Source: Octopus vulgaris (lineage: Eukaryota). Taken from it: a stretch of DNA of 64,000 nt. The translations under genes and the position numbers were made by a program. Position 1 is the first letter of the stretch; every line of letters begins with the position of its first letter. The stretch is from assembly GCA_951406725.2 (NCBI GenBank), contig OX597814.1:161696001-161760000 (forward strand), in the 5' to 3' direction. The notes below the pieces were generated by a model. The model saw nothing but the letters and a program-made list of their open reading frames with translations. It ran no database searches and was not told the origin of the DNA. This document shows, one piece after another, positions 35,930 through 49,399 of the stretch.

Positions 35930-37200
35930 CATCCCTTGAAAAAAATGCAAAAAAAAAACAGAGACATTCTTATTGTTTCATTTGTCCTGCTGAATCTTTA
36001 TGGTATAATTTCACATGAATATGGATTAAATGCCATTGAATTCTGGTCACAAAAATTTTTCTAATGAACTACCTGAATGAATAGAGAAAGCTTCATCATT
36101 GAAGGAATGAAATTCACCTGGGAAAATAATTATTTCAACTTCAAAGGCATCATTCACAGACAAATATTATAGACTGTGATGAGAACAAGAGCCACTCTAA
36201 CTTATGCTAATTTAGTCATGGCATATTTAGAAGTTCAAATATTTGAGTAATCCAGACTAAGGCATGGCAACAATTTCATAAAACACCTATTGGACTATTG
36301 GTAACAACATTTGGATGATTGCTTTATCCTGCAGATACACAGTCTTGACCAGTTAAATGAGTTAGAAACTTTAGTTAACAGTATAAATAATAGCATTCAA
36401 TTCACAATAGAGTACAAAACAAACATTCACTTCCAGCCAACAGACTCAAAACAATATTTGTTATTTACTTCTTGCCTTTCTAAACAAGAAACAAGAAGAA
36501 TCTGCAAAAGTGTATCCATTTTAGAAACTCAAGATAAACAGCCTCAAGAATTAAAGAAAATATTATTCGAAAAACACTACTCAGCAACATAAACAGATAA
36601 TAGAATAGCACATGCCAAATAATAGTTGTTTAAAATCTTTGAAGGACTAAAGACACTTCTGATACACTCAAAGCCTTAACATCAACATACAAGCCAAGAA
36701 ATACAGAAGCATGCAACATTATTCATCAGAATATACCACTATTGAGGAAAGACTAAAAAATGAAATATACACTCAAAACTCAAAGAAAATTGAAAGAAGA
36801 CAATTAAAACCTTAAAGATTACTTACTGAAAATACAACCCCAAGTCAAAAAGTGTGGATGCCCTAACTGCAGAATCTGTATTAAAGTTACAATTTATGAA
36901 TTTAAATTGGAATAGATATTTACCCTGAAAAACTTTTCCTGTATATCAAAGAATTAAATTTATGTAACTAAATGTAACAGATGTGTGAAGATTACATAGG
37001 ACAAATGAGATCGATTTTTAGAAGAGTGGCTGTATATCATCAACAAATGCAAAATACTTATCAATGAATATTTGAACTTGTGTACAATAAATAAATTCCC
37101 AAAATATCCAGTTTTCTCTGTTGAATATATGAACTAAACAAATATGAAAGAATAAATGAAGCATTTTTATAAAGAAATACAAATCATGTCCAAAAAAAGA
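35930..37200 (+). mobile_element. Penelope-like element relic (RT core plus GIY-YIG)
   Basis: ENNYFNF..RQI..VMRT..TYANLVMAYLE, LDDCFI, IQFTIE, PTDSKQYLLFTSC, then IYVTKCNRC..YIGQ. Confidence 0.85.
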
Positions 37201-37237
37201 TGCTCTGTAACATAAATTAATGCTAACATAACTTTTT

Positions 37238-37775
37238 ATCATTGTTTAATGACAGTTTTCCATGCTGGCATGGGTTGGATAGTTTGACAGGAGTTGGCCA
37301 GTTAGGGAGCTGTCCAAACTCTAGCTGTCTGTTTTGGCATAGTTTCTACAACTGGATGCCCTTCCTAATACCAGCCACTTTACAGAGTGTGCTGTGTCAC
37401 TGGCATGGGTTTGATCACACAGCATTGGCACAAGTGAATTTATGCAACACTAGCATGAGCACATTTTATGTGGCATCAACATGAATGCATTTTACAAGCC
37501 ACTGGCACAAGTGCATTTTATGTGGCACTGGCACCTGCAAAGGACATGCCTGTAAGTTATGGATGACTGCAATTTCACTTAGCTTGATACATCTCAAGTA
37601 TATCAAATCAACACACAACTCCCAGTCCCTTATCATTTCCTCAGTGAGGCCCAGCATCTGAAAATCCTTTCTGACCACTTCATCCCATGTCTTCCTGGGT
37701 CAACCCCTTCCATGGTTTTTCCTCCACAACTAGAGATCAGCTTTTCTTTAAGCAGCTGTCTTCATCCATACACAA
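37238..37775 (-). mobile_element. RTE 3' fragment
   Basis: [22 protein letters not shown] is homologous to 21650-21720 and is followed by UTR and tail. Confidence 0.85.
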
Positions 37776-38539
37776 TAACTATTTTTTGAAAATAGATAAC
37801 TAAAGATCCTCTTTCACTTTGCCCATCATTATATCAGTTGTAAAACCAGTTGAGCAAATGAATAGAAATTAAAAGAAAAATGAGAGAAATTTAAGTGCAT
37901 TTCATTAAAATTGTTTTTTAGTATCTCAACCTGTGTAGTAGAAGACTTTGTATGTATGCAAGTGTGTGTATGTGATATTTGAGAAATTTTGTGCATATGT
38001 TTGTGTATATAATCATCTTCTCGTCCCCAGCTTTCTTTTGTATGTCGCTATTGCTCCTTCTTTACTGCCACAATACTGAAAATCAGTGTTTTATTATTCC
38101 ACCCATTTCTGATCCTGAAAGGAAGCTTTACAACTTAGTTTTTTTCTTTCTTCCTCTTTACTGCCTCACTCCCTTTTTGTCACATACTTTCCCTTTTCTT
38201 TATTTTTTTGCCACTCTAATACTATCAACACTTCTTTTACTTCTCTGATGCCCTTTTCTTTTTCTCTATACTTTTAGAAACCAGTTGCAAGGTTAGAATT
38301 TTAGCAGAATACTTGATTAATGTAGAGTTGTTGTTAATTATACACACACATCAGCTTCTGAAACTGACATAACTGATTATAATTTAAGCAAGAGGACAAA
38401 TTTTGTGTTTGTGATTTTAAATTATTTTCACAACTGAATGTAGTCTTCTCTTTTAGAAGCTACTTGCTACAAATGTCTCCTTCAATAATGCTATGGAAAA
38501 AAGGAGCCTTGCCAAGTGTGCACATTTTGAATTGGTTTG

Positions 38540-39650
38540 AGATCCCCTTCAATCATAAGGATTCCATCATATCTGCAGAGCTTACAGGGAGAAGGAGATT
38601 TTCAGAACTGTTAATACCCAGATGATTCATAATCCCTGTGGTATACTCAACAAGAAGTCACTTTGCACAGAGAACAAGTGTACCAAACATTTTCCAAAAC
38701 CATTTGTCGTGGAGACCCAAACAAGAGAAAATGGTTATCCTTCTTACTGAAGAAGAACTCCAAAGGATGGAAGCTTCAAATATTGACATCTGTTGGATAG
38801 TTCCCTTCAGGCCTCTTCCAAACAAGATGGTTAATGCACACATCAGCTTTGAGTTAGTTCTGCAATTCAATGAAGTTCATTAAGCATGTCAACAAATATG
38901 TCATCAAGGAATTGATGCTGCAATGCTTGCTCCAATACAGCAAAACAGTTGTGATAAAGTTAGTCAATTATAAGCAAGGACAAAGCACCAGTAGTGATGA
39001 AGCTTTATGGCACTTTTTGGTCCCTGCCATTCATGAATATACTATAGAAATCAACAGCCTGCTGTCAATTTGGAAAATAGTTATTGGATTTCAAGCATCA
39101 AGTTCAACAGATATACTTCACCATGGAAATAGGGCACATAGATGAAATCAACAATCCATTCATCATTGACTATTTCAAAGATATAAATGACTATGAAATT
39201 CAATAATACAGCTTCCCCCAATCAGACTACACTGGAATCAATAATCTAGGAACATAAGTTTTGAAAGTGGTATCATATAATGTTGACACAGAAATAGCTA
39301 CAATAATGTTGCATAATTTAGATCAGCTGTGGTTTTGCAATAGCACAAAAATGGTTACATGTTATCAAGGTTACTATTCTTACAGGTTACACCAAAAGAG
39401 AGGATGCAGTTATTCTCAGATTCCCACTCATGCCAACAGACATGCCTTTTTGATTTAGAAGATTTCAGCCTTCAGAACATCTAAGTTTTCCTATGTCAAT
39501 CATTAAATCCTAAGTGCAAACACTGACAGATGAGGAATATTGCTTTGCTAACGGTCAGTTTTATGCTCAAGAGATTGAAGCTTCCAGAAACTATTCATTC
39601 CTCTGATGGTTAAACCAAAAACATTGTATATCCTGAGAAGCTGACAATAA
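38540..39650 (+). mobile_element. Helitron RepHel pseudogene (Rep plus Pif1-helicase C-terminus, internally deleted)
   Basis: DSIISAEL, MIHNPCG..CTKHFPKPF, WIVPF..NAHISFE, KYVIKG, NLDQLWFCNSTK (NL..LCNGTR), RFPLMPTDMPF, CFANGQFY (FSHGQLY) and KNIVYPE. Confidence 0.88.
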
Positions 39651-39730
39651 CAATGTGCATAATTCCCAAAGTTATGATGGATACAGAGCTAATATCATAT
39701 AAATTGGGGTCCACATTGTAACTCTTAATA

Positions 39731-40941
39731 TAAGTGTTATCCTAAAAGTTATGCAAAAGTGAGCATAATATTTTTATTACAAGGCATAGGTCATTCAAAT
39801 TGTACATGCTGGTAAAGTAACTATCTCTCTCTCTCTCTCTCTAGTAATTCTTTTCCCTGTTTTTATTCATTGCAGGCTCATAACAGGTTCCAAATAGAAG
39901 TAATATGTTGTTGTTCAGTTCTTAATGGAGATGACATGAAAACAAGATGTGCACAGATGGATGAAAATGTTTAAAGAAGAGGAAACCAGCACTGAAGACA
40001 AACAACCATCAACTGTGACACTGACATGAATTTCCAGCAAATGGATGAATTTATTCACATAGACAGGTAAGTCTCAATCTGTAAGCAAAACTGGATTGTG
40101 GTTAGAATGCATTAAGATGGTGGAAGGCTCTGGGTATTAGAAAGTACATACAAAAGGAGTATCTAAGCAGCTAACATACAATTTAAAGGAGAAAAGGGCA
40201 GAAATCTGTGTTATGTTGGAAGTATTTGAAGTCAACAAAGATATGTCTCTTCCTGATCTTGTTACAAGGGATGAAACATGAATGTCTTTTTATAATCTGG
40301 AAATGAATGATGCCAGTCAACAGAATGGCATCACACCATTTCTCCAAGACAATAAAAGAGCTAGTGATTGGTATAAAAAGTCATGGTGATTGTTTCTTAG
40401 AATGGTAAGAGCATCATTCTCAGTGATTTCTGGAACATGTGTGTATCAGGTACAGAAACAAATCTTAGCGAATCCATTAGAAGGAAAAGACAACACAAAA
40501 ATCTGAAAACAATCTTCATTCACCACGACAATGCATGACTACACACATCTTTGACAACAAATTAGGCAATCAGCTAATTGAGCAGGTCAGTGGTCCTACA
40601 ACCACTATACAGCACCTTCCAATTTACCTCCAATTTGGCACCCTCCAATTTTCACTTGTTTGGTCCTATGAAGACAAAATTCAGGGAGAGTGGTTTGGTG
40701 ATATAGATGAGGTAAAAGAGGCTATGAAGAATTGATTGCAACAGTGCATATCTGAATGTTTTCAAAGAGGATTCAAGAATTGGGTTCAATGATGGAACAA
40801 ATGCATTACTTTTGATGGCGACTATACTGAGTGGTGTCCTTGTATAGAGAAAAGGTTTATAAATCAATTTGCAATTTAAACAAGCTATGTTAGCTAATGA
40901 AAAAGTTATCCACTTCTCCATTACTTTTGGTACAACTCTCA
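39731..40941 (+). mobile_element. Decayed mariner transposon
   Basis: TA-flanked imperfect TIRs taagtgttatcctaaaagttatgc / ccattacttttggtacaactctca, with motifs VTRDET(W) and HHDNA. Confidence 0.85.
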
Positions 40942-41999
40942 TATAATTTCTTTATTACTGCATGCATTGAAGTTTTAATGCATGGATGTGTGGGTTTTCT
41001 CTGAACACTCCAATTTCTATGTATTATAAGAATGATTTTATTTCCACGGGTGGTTTACTTCCCAACACTCTGGTTTCTACTTATTTCTCAAATTATTGAA
41101 GAATGAAAGAATTTCAAGAATAAAAGATAATATGTTATGTTCAATAATAGTTTCAAATGAAATAAAACTGTTTTTACATTTACTTAATCCTATGTTCTTA
41201 CTTAATTTGTTTGAATTCGATATATGTCATTTACACAATTATATTACAAAATGTGCTATTAATATTGAATGAATATCTGTAGCACAGTGCATTAGCTACA
41301 TGATTGCAACAATGTATTCGATAACAATTTCGTTTCTTAAATGAAGGATAACTTTTCAAGAGAAATCCAATAGTGTTCTATTACAATGAATATAACTTCA
41401 TTAAGAACAATATTGAGACATTTATAGCTATTTGCCATATTCTACTGGTGTATGTGAGTGTGTGTGTGTGTGTGTAAGTATACATACACACATGCATGTA
41501 TGTATAACTATGTACATATAATAAATGTATGTTTTATGTAAAATCATGCATAGAAACAATATAACATTAACTAAAAGAGCACTCAACACATTTAATAGAG
41601 TATTAAATATATTTTTACATTCAATGTTTCCCTACAAAAATAAATTGTTATACATCTGTATGTGTGTGTGTGTGCACGCAAGTGTGTGCATGCATGCAAG
41701 CATGTGCACATGTGTGTGTGCTCAGGTTAACACTGAATCCCATCCATCAAATTATCATTTACAGAAGTTTCAATACTTGGTGTGCTTCTATTTTCAGTTT
41801 TCAAAGATGATTTGGTTAACACCAATAAAAAGTCAATTGTACATCCATGCCAGCGACAGCTAAACACATGTGCTAAAGTTGGTGCAGTAGATGATTAGAA
41901 ATGGTGCATTGCACATTCATCTGTAATTGGTATATTTGATACTCTTTTGATCCAGAGATGTTAGCCAATACCAGTCCACTCAAGTCTAATAATCCTAAA

Positions 42000-43070
42000 C
42001 TACATTGTAAACATTTATGGGTTTATATGTTTCAAAAATCAAACCTTGTTTTTACGTTATTCATAATAGTACAAAAGAAAATGGGCAAACAGAAAAGCAG
42101 GAAATGATTATAAAAATGAATTCAATTAAAAGTGGGAAAATGAATTCCTATTTATTTAGAGACTATCGCAAAATGTTAGATTTGGAATGTGGTGATTCTA
42201 CCCAACATTCTGAGTTGTATTGAGTTTTTGGCAAAATTCAGAGAAGATTTTGGAAGCTGAAAAATACTATCCATTATTTTCTAGGAAAGAAAAATGAACC
42301 ACCTGAAGAAAGAACCCTTCTATATAAGATAGCAATTGATTGTTTGATTAAAAATTTTTAGTTGACATAACCAGCTATGTCAATGATTTAAATTTGAATC
42401 TTCAGGGTTAGAACAAATAGTTTTGCAGTTCAGTAAATGATATTAACACAGTTAAGATTTAAAATTGTTCATCTCTCAACTGGAAGAGAACTTGAGAATT
42501 TGAACCAGTTTCTACATTTAGAAAAGCAGAGTGAATGTGATGAGGATAATGATAATTTTACAAAATATGTAGAAGAAAATTCAATCTTTTGTAAGAGACA
42601 TTTGAAAGATATTTTTTGTTATTTTGCTCGAGAAAATTGCATACACACATTTATAAAACCATTTTCACTTAGTGAAGGAAAAGTAAATATATTATGAAAA
42701 TGCCTAGTAATATACAAACAGAACTTATTCGTTTGAAAACAAATTCATTATTGAAAATGAAATTTGATTTGATTCCCTCAGTTCTAAATGCTACTGATAT
42801 AATTAATTTTTGATGATCATTACCCTGTGATCATTTTCATAACTATGTAAATTTGCCCAGAGTTACATCTTTCATTTTGGAACGCTGCACAGATGTGAAC
42901 AAATATTTTTAGTCATGAAAGAGATATATAAAAAAGAAAAACAACATGAAAATGAAGTCATGATTGACTGATTTAAATTTGAAGAATTCTCTGCTGTGCT
43001 CAGTAAATAATATAACTCCAAGTCTTAAAGTTTGGCAACTTAAAAACAGATTCAAGTGTCTCATTAAGGT
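42000..43070 (+). mobile_element. hAT (Charlie/SPIN, GTF2IRD2-like) transposase relic
   Basis: GKIQRRFWKL, FLVDITSYVNDLNLNLQG, FIKPF, FGTLHRCEQIF (FGSTYxCEQxFS) and terminal QVSH*. Confidence 0.82.
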
Positions 43071-43379
43071 AAATAATGTTTACTTTTTTATATTAAATCA
43101 TTATTACATGTAAAAATGATGAATATATAATGTATTTGTATTAACATGTTTCATGCAAGAATTGAATAAGAAACAATACTTAAATGATGCATCTGAACTC
43201 TTGTGTGAAAGAAATTGGTGCATGGAATGTACCTAACCCTAACCCCACGCTATTGCAACAATACTATCTTTTGCATCAATAAGATTAAGGAAATCAATGC
43301 AGCAGTTACTAAAAGCTTTGTTAAGATGAAAGTTTAAGTATGTGATTGGAAGATGATATCATGAAAGTTTCAGCAACTG

Positions 43380-43750
43380 TTTTATCAGGGAAAAAGCCCA
43401 CTAAAACTTACATTGCATTAAGGAGGTTTTGCACTGGTAGCATTGATAAAGCAACGATGAAGGAGCTTGATATTATGGCTGTAGCCATAGACTGCAATCT
43501 GGCCTGGGCAAAATATATCTCCACTGTATGTAACAAGTTTGGAACTTTATACAAAACTGCTAGCCAGTTGGACAAGGACAGTAGGGCTACTATTTACAAA
43601 GTGCAAATTTGAAGTCTTCTGGAGCATACCTGCCTTTGCTGGATGAATGTTTCAAACAGCATGCTCAACTAACTCACTGCAGTTCAAAAGAAAGCTCTCA
43701 GGATCATTGCAGTCGATGATTCTAATACTGTGAAAATGTGTAGCCATCAT
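43380..43750 (+). mobile_element. CR1-group LINE RT C-terminal fragment
   Basis: ELDIMAVAIDCNLAWAKYI...RATIYKVQI.SLLEHTCLCW...VQKKALRII. Confidence 0.75.
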
Positions 43751-44049
43751 TTATCTAGACATTGCCTGAACAACAGCTTGTGTTGGCAAACTCTGGAGTA
43801 GATTATCAGTTGTATCCTAACAAACAGAAACTCTACAAATAATCTTTATTTTGCTTGTATATTTACTCCTGCCTGATTTAGTACACTATGGGTGAACCAA
43901 GAATATACAACTGAAAATGGGAAAATATCTGGGCATCTACTCCACTGAGAAAATCCAAGTACCATCATACAAACTTTATACCATACACCTTACACTTCAT
44001 TTGTAAAATTAGATGAGTAATCAAGTATATAAGGAGGAAAGCCTGCTCC

Positions 44050-44620
44050 TTCTGGAAAAGGACATCTGTAACATTATGAAACATTTATGTATTTAGGAAA
44101 TAAGAATAGCTCTTGTCAAAATTGAAGAATTTCAAAAACTTGGAACCTTGTTAGCTCAGTTTCTAAAACAGCTAAGATTCAGACATCATATCAATCTTTC
44201 CAGAACACCATAAACAACTATATTGCATCTTTACAACAATCATCTAACATCCATGTACTTGCAGACAAAGCAAAATATATACAAAGTAAATAGTGCCACG
44301 CAAACATTAATCTCTTACCAAAAAATGACCAAAACATTTTAAAACCAAGTCCTACTATCAACAACTCTATAAACATAGAAATAAAGAAGACCAGCCAGTT
44401 AGTTGAAAATGGATCACATACAGTGCTTCGTTATTATTCTAGAAGACCATAAGGTCAGTTTCTCTTTCAAACCAAAGAGGAGGTTAATAAGTCTCTTGAA
44501 GAATTAATTAGGTCTATTTAACAAATGTATCCTCAAAACAATTAGCTTTAAGATTAGAGATACTATGATAATAGAACAATGAAACTCAAGTACAATAAGA
44601 GAAATCAGAAGAAACATGTA
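44050..44620 (+). mobile_element. Divergent Penelope-like RT N-terminal relic (KDHK type)
   Basis: VLADKAKY ... ILEDHKVSFSFKPKRRLISLLKN.LGLFNKCIL resembles ADKT.N.Y...TLKDHK.NF..P.CRLINP.K..LG.ISK.IL. Confidence 0.6.
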
Positions 44621-45445
44621 AAAGAGGGGACTACACTGATATGCAATATGTGAAAAACAAGGACTATGTAACCCAGGTAGAAGGAGCTGCTGAAGACAAA
44701 TCAAGAGAGACATGAAAAGTAGTGAATACTGATATTAAGAAACTGAACCCCATGAAGGAGATTAGAGTCAAACACAACAACTGTGCTAGAGAAAACATGT
44801 CCAACCCATGCAAGCATGAACAAACAGGCATGGTGATGCTACTGCTGCTGATGATGATGAAATGGTTATGTAATGGGAACACAGATAAATGTCTCCTAAT
44901 ATATGACATGCTTTTCAGTTGGGCTTACAGAATAAAGCAGATATGAGTTGGATCTCCCCACAACACTTCCAGATTGAATGCTGTTCTGCCTTATATCATA
45001 TGATAGTGATTTTTAATATAGGTACAAGACAGTAAATTGAAGGGAAAGTAGTTAACTCAACTCCTGCACTGATGAGTACTTGTTATTTTGATCTCAGAAG
45101 AATTAAAACAGTAAACATAAAGGAATAAATATGACTAGATTGCTTATGCCAAGAAAAATGTATTCAAATACGATAGGAACATATCAAATATGCACAAAAG
45201 TCTGAAAGTGGGAGTAATGTGTTTTTTATTTAATAATTAGTCGAATTTTTGGGTGGGGTGATGCTGGCTTTATTAAATTTCAGTATACTACTGGCAATTA
45301 TTTTATCAACTTTGGACAGATAAAAGGCAAAGTCAACCCTAGTTGGATTTGTACCCAGAATCTAGGTTCTGTAAGATATTTAGTCTAAAGTTCTAACAGT
45401 TCTGCCAATCCACTACCCTTGTCTCAGGTAATATTCTCAGAAGCC

Positions 45446-45665
45446 GGTAGTGAGCTGGCAGAAATGTTAGTTAGCATGTTGGGTGAAATGCTCATTGGTA
45501 TTTCATCTGTCTTTACACTCTGAGTTCAAATTCTGCCGAGGGCAACTTTGCCTTTCATCCTTTTGGGGTCAATAAATTAAGTACCAGTTGCATACTGGGG
45601 TCGATCTAATTGACTGGCCCCCTCCCACCAAAATAATTTCAGGCTTTGTGCCTAGAGTAGAAAAG
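45446..45665 (+). mobile_element. Full-length SINE with Meta-like core and 16-bp TSD
   Basis: aatattctcagaagcc occurs at 45430-45445 and 45666-45681. An older antisense copy of the same SINE type lies at ~45250-45420. Confidence 0.92.
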
Positions 45666-48319
45666 AATATTCTCAGAAGCCTGGTATCTTCTCCCAATAA
45701 CTACATATACTGATGTAATTATAGAATGATTTAAATACAAAATAAAATACAATAAATTTAAACTTAAGACCAAACATATGCTCCACTGGCCTTTTCAATT
45801 CTATAATTGGAATGGATAATATATACTGGGTTAAAGAATCGATGTGAGTTAATGATGGAAAGTACCTGTAATGCAGGTAGATCAAGACTGGCAATAATTC
45901 TGATAGATCAGATTTGTAATCATATTATTTCACAGATGAAATGGTACATGATTGATCTGAGATACTGTATTGCAGATTTGCCCAAATGTTGCCAGCATAG
46001 AAAGCCAGATGTTAAAACAATGATTTTGATTGTAAGAAATGTTTTCCACTCAAATGCTCTGTCTACCTCATGCCAGCTATGCTAGATTAGTATCATATCC
46101 AGGTATCAGCTAGCTAGACAGTTTATATAATGAACTGTTTCATGATTCATAGTAATGTTTTGGATTCATGTTACACACATCTATTTGTATTTATACAAAT
46201 GGAATATATGACGTACAATAGATATTCACATGCTGTACAATACATACGTAGTACACGCATACAAATTAACTTTCAAGTCATTCAAAATGATATGTTCATG
46301 AAATCAATATGTATAAGATGGAACAGAAAGTGTTTATTAACTTTGGTTGATAATCCTTTCAAATGAAGAAGACCTTCAGAATGTTCTTATTTTCTTTTTG
46401 TGTTTGTGTGTTCTGATATCAACGAGCAGTTTCTATAGATTTATTCCTTTATGTAAAGATTATGAATTAATGCATACTACTAATTCCCAATACAACAAAT
46501 GTCATGCATTGAGAAGATAAAAATCTACGTGTTGATCTTACACTATCTTCACATAAAAAGAATTAGCCGTGACATGTAAGGTGTTCGTAGTGTTAATGTG
46601 AATACATATTTGACATTTCCTGCTGTGGAGAGTTACATCAATATAAAGATGCGTATGAATATACACATGCACAAGAACATATACAGACACACACACACAC
46701 ACAAGCTTATGACCAGGGACATTAAAAGTCAGTTATAAACTGCCAAGTGTTTTCAACAAAGTATTGATTTGTAAAGTTCTAACAGAGAAATTGGTTTTCA
46801 TGAGAATAAAAATAAGATTGGTCATGAATTATTCTTTCCTTAGATATCTAAATTCTAAATGGCATCCTCTGCTAAGCTATATATTAAATCAACGAGCTGT
46901 CCTTGGCGTATCATTTCCTAGAGTGAGCTTTTTTATCTATGATAATATATCAACAGTGCTATATTGATTTTAAATTGTCTAATTAAGTCCTTTCATACTT
47001 TTAATCAAGGTTTGTAACAGACTGAATCAATAAAGTGCTGGCTTCCCTGTCAAATAATCATTTGTATTACATCACCAATGTCATATAATGTCCCTAGTGA
47101 AAAAAATTAAACATCAATAGTCCAAGCTACCAAGCTGTAAATAGGTATAGAAAAGATCAGTGCCAGACTGTAAGCTGCATAGAAATAATAATGGCAGACA
47201 CAAAATGGGAATCACTCTTACCTCTTGAGAAAGTCCACACTTGAATCAGCTTTCAATAACAAACATTTCCACAATCTTTAATGTTTTCAGCTTCTGCCAT
47301 GGTCATTGCATTGTATAACACAAATTTAATATATATGATATATACAAAAGATATTTTCTCACAGTACAAAACATAAAGTTAAATTCTTCACTGATGTAAC
47401 ACTGGCTCAATGGTCTATGGCACAATATACTTTTATTTATCCACATCCTATTACATTAATGATCTAATGAAGCAATAAATAATCACTTGAGAGGTTGACA
47501 ATTTGTAATCTGTCATTAGTGGTGCTCAAACTAGAAACTTAGCTCTTAATAACTCATCGTAACTAGTTGTACATAGGTATCCCAGAAGGGTATAATTTCC
47601 TGATGAAAGCAGTAGTAACCCTGTAAAATTAATGAATGGTTTATTAGCATGCATTTAAACCAAACCTGTCATGTGTGACAGTTGGCACGTTATCCAGGTA
47701 GAAATTTGACATCCATTTAATGTAACAGAAACCAGAATTAAATACCAGCTTAGAAGACCTTTCAGGTTTGTAAATTGATTATTTCAGAAATAATTAAAAG
47801 CTTCAACTGAAAAACTGAAGGAGTTTTAGAAATGCACATAAAAATTTTGAAAAAAGTTCAAAAAGTATCATGCAGTACATAATGTCATGACTATTTGAAT
47901 TGTTATGTAACTTCAATGAAATACCAGTTTTAATTTGATAGATAGCTATCATATAAAGCTCAAATTAGACTAGATTGAATGACAGATTAAATTATGTTTC
48001 TGCATTAGCTTTTATATATAACTCCATAAATTCCTGTAAAATTTGCAACTTGTACTCTTTCCAAACAAATACACAATTATGAAAGGCCCTCTTCAGTCCA
48101 TTAGCTCTAGTTAGATCACTTACAGAAATAAGAAAGACGTCTGCAACAACAATTAAATTTTCAGTTTCCTTTTTACTAGAAAAAAATACAATTGTGTCAT
48201 TTTAGCCATTTCCGAACACAGAGAAACTGTTAACTTCACTTTTGTTTATTTTTTATTTATCTATCTATTTTTTAACTTTTTCTCATACTGTGTACCTTGA
48301 AATGTCTCTCACTAACCAG

Positions 48320-48432
48320 GTCACACTTCTGTGACTTAGTCACTCACATAATTTTCCTTTTGGTCACAATTTTGTGACTTGGTCACTGAAAGAATTCTAT
48401 TCTTGTCACATTTCTATGGCCTTGTAATTGAC
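48320..48432. repeat. Three ~42-bp tandem units, the first two with a palindrome gtcacaNNNNtgtgac
   Basis: Units start at 48320, 48363 and 48405; the third is degenerate. Confidence 0.75.
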
Positions 48433-48619
48433 ACAATACCACTGCAAAGAAACTGTGTCAGCGACTAGGCTGCAGAAGCAGGATAAAATATTTTGAGGCT
48501 TCACAATACTATCAAGGAATAAAAGAAAGTGGAGATAACAGTTTTTGTGTTTTTAAATAGCAAAAATGGCTCTTCCCTAATGCAATTGTTTCATTTTCAG
48601 CATGTAATCAACACAGAAT

Positions 48620-49325
48620 TCATGCAAGCATGCATGAATGCATGCAAGCATGCATACATACATAAAAATCTGCACATACGCATGCATACAAAAATAACCT
48701 ATTGTTGATGTTGAAATTCCAAAGAAGGAATATTGGATCGAGGCTACAAACCGGCTCTTTGTCTATTGGCAATAAATCTTTAGATAAAACTGAATAATGA
48801 CATACATGGTTGTGTGGTAAGAAGGCATAAGTGTGGCTGTGTGGTAAGAAGCTTCCTTCCCAACCACATGGTTCCAAGTTCAGTTCCACTGCTGAACTAT
48901 TCAGATTACAATCTAAACTATCCAGATTACAAGTTCAAGTTTATAACTGTAATTACTGGAGCACTGGGTTATGTAGCACACTGCCCAAACACCAATCTTG
49001 AGAAATTAGGCTTCTCAAAACTAGAAAGAGAAAGATGATTCAAAGACTACAGATCTACACCATCACTGGAACTGTAAAAATCTGTAAAACTTTCCAGAAG
49101 TTTATCATTTAATTATATATGAGTATGTCTAAATATGCAACTACATGCATGAGAATACATACATAAAACAAAACATACAAATTTGCACATATACATACAT
49201 ACATATTAAAATACTCTGTTGATGTTGTTGAAATTCCAATGAAGTAGCCTTGGATCTAAGTTAGAAACTGGCTCTTACTCTATTGGAGAGAAATCTTAAG
49301 ATAAAACTGAATAATGACATACATT
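48620..49325 (+). mobile_element. Two 3' ends of an R4/Dong-like (REL endonuclease) LINE separated by a SINE head
   Basis: YPDYKFKFITVITGALGYV...LEKLGF...ITGTVKICKTFQKF*. The shared UTR tgttgaaattcc...gataaaactgaataatgacatacat ends at ~48806 and ~49324. Confidence 0.65.
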
Positions 49326-49399
49326 CATTCATTTTTGTGTCTGTTTTCTCATGCTGGCATCATATGATAGTAACTGACATCATATGATAGTAAATTGTA

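Noticed and set aside
43233-43247. Telomere-like taaccctaacccc
   Set aside because: Only about two units, which is within chance or TE-derived expectation.
47160-47330. Candidate minus-strand exon ending at ag|gtaaga (similar donor-like sites at ~17220-17300 and ~57520)
   Set aside because: The upstream frames I checked contain stops and no clear acceptor is present. A host gene cannot be supported without RNA data.
44686-48100. Other CTGANGA...GAAA matches (44690, 47600, minus strand 48095; also 32261)
   Set aside because: No stem I, II or III can be formed in register.
48320-48432. CRISPR-like repeat-spacer appearance (also the RTE UTR units)
   Set aside because: The context is eukaryotic, there are only 2-3 degenerate units, spacers are short or related, and no cas genes are present.
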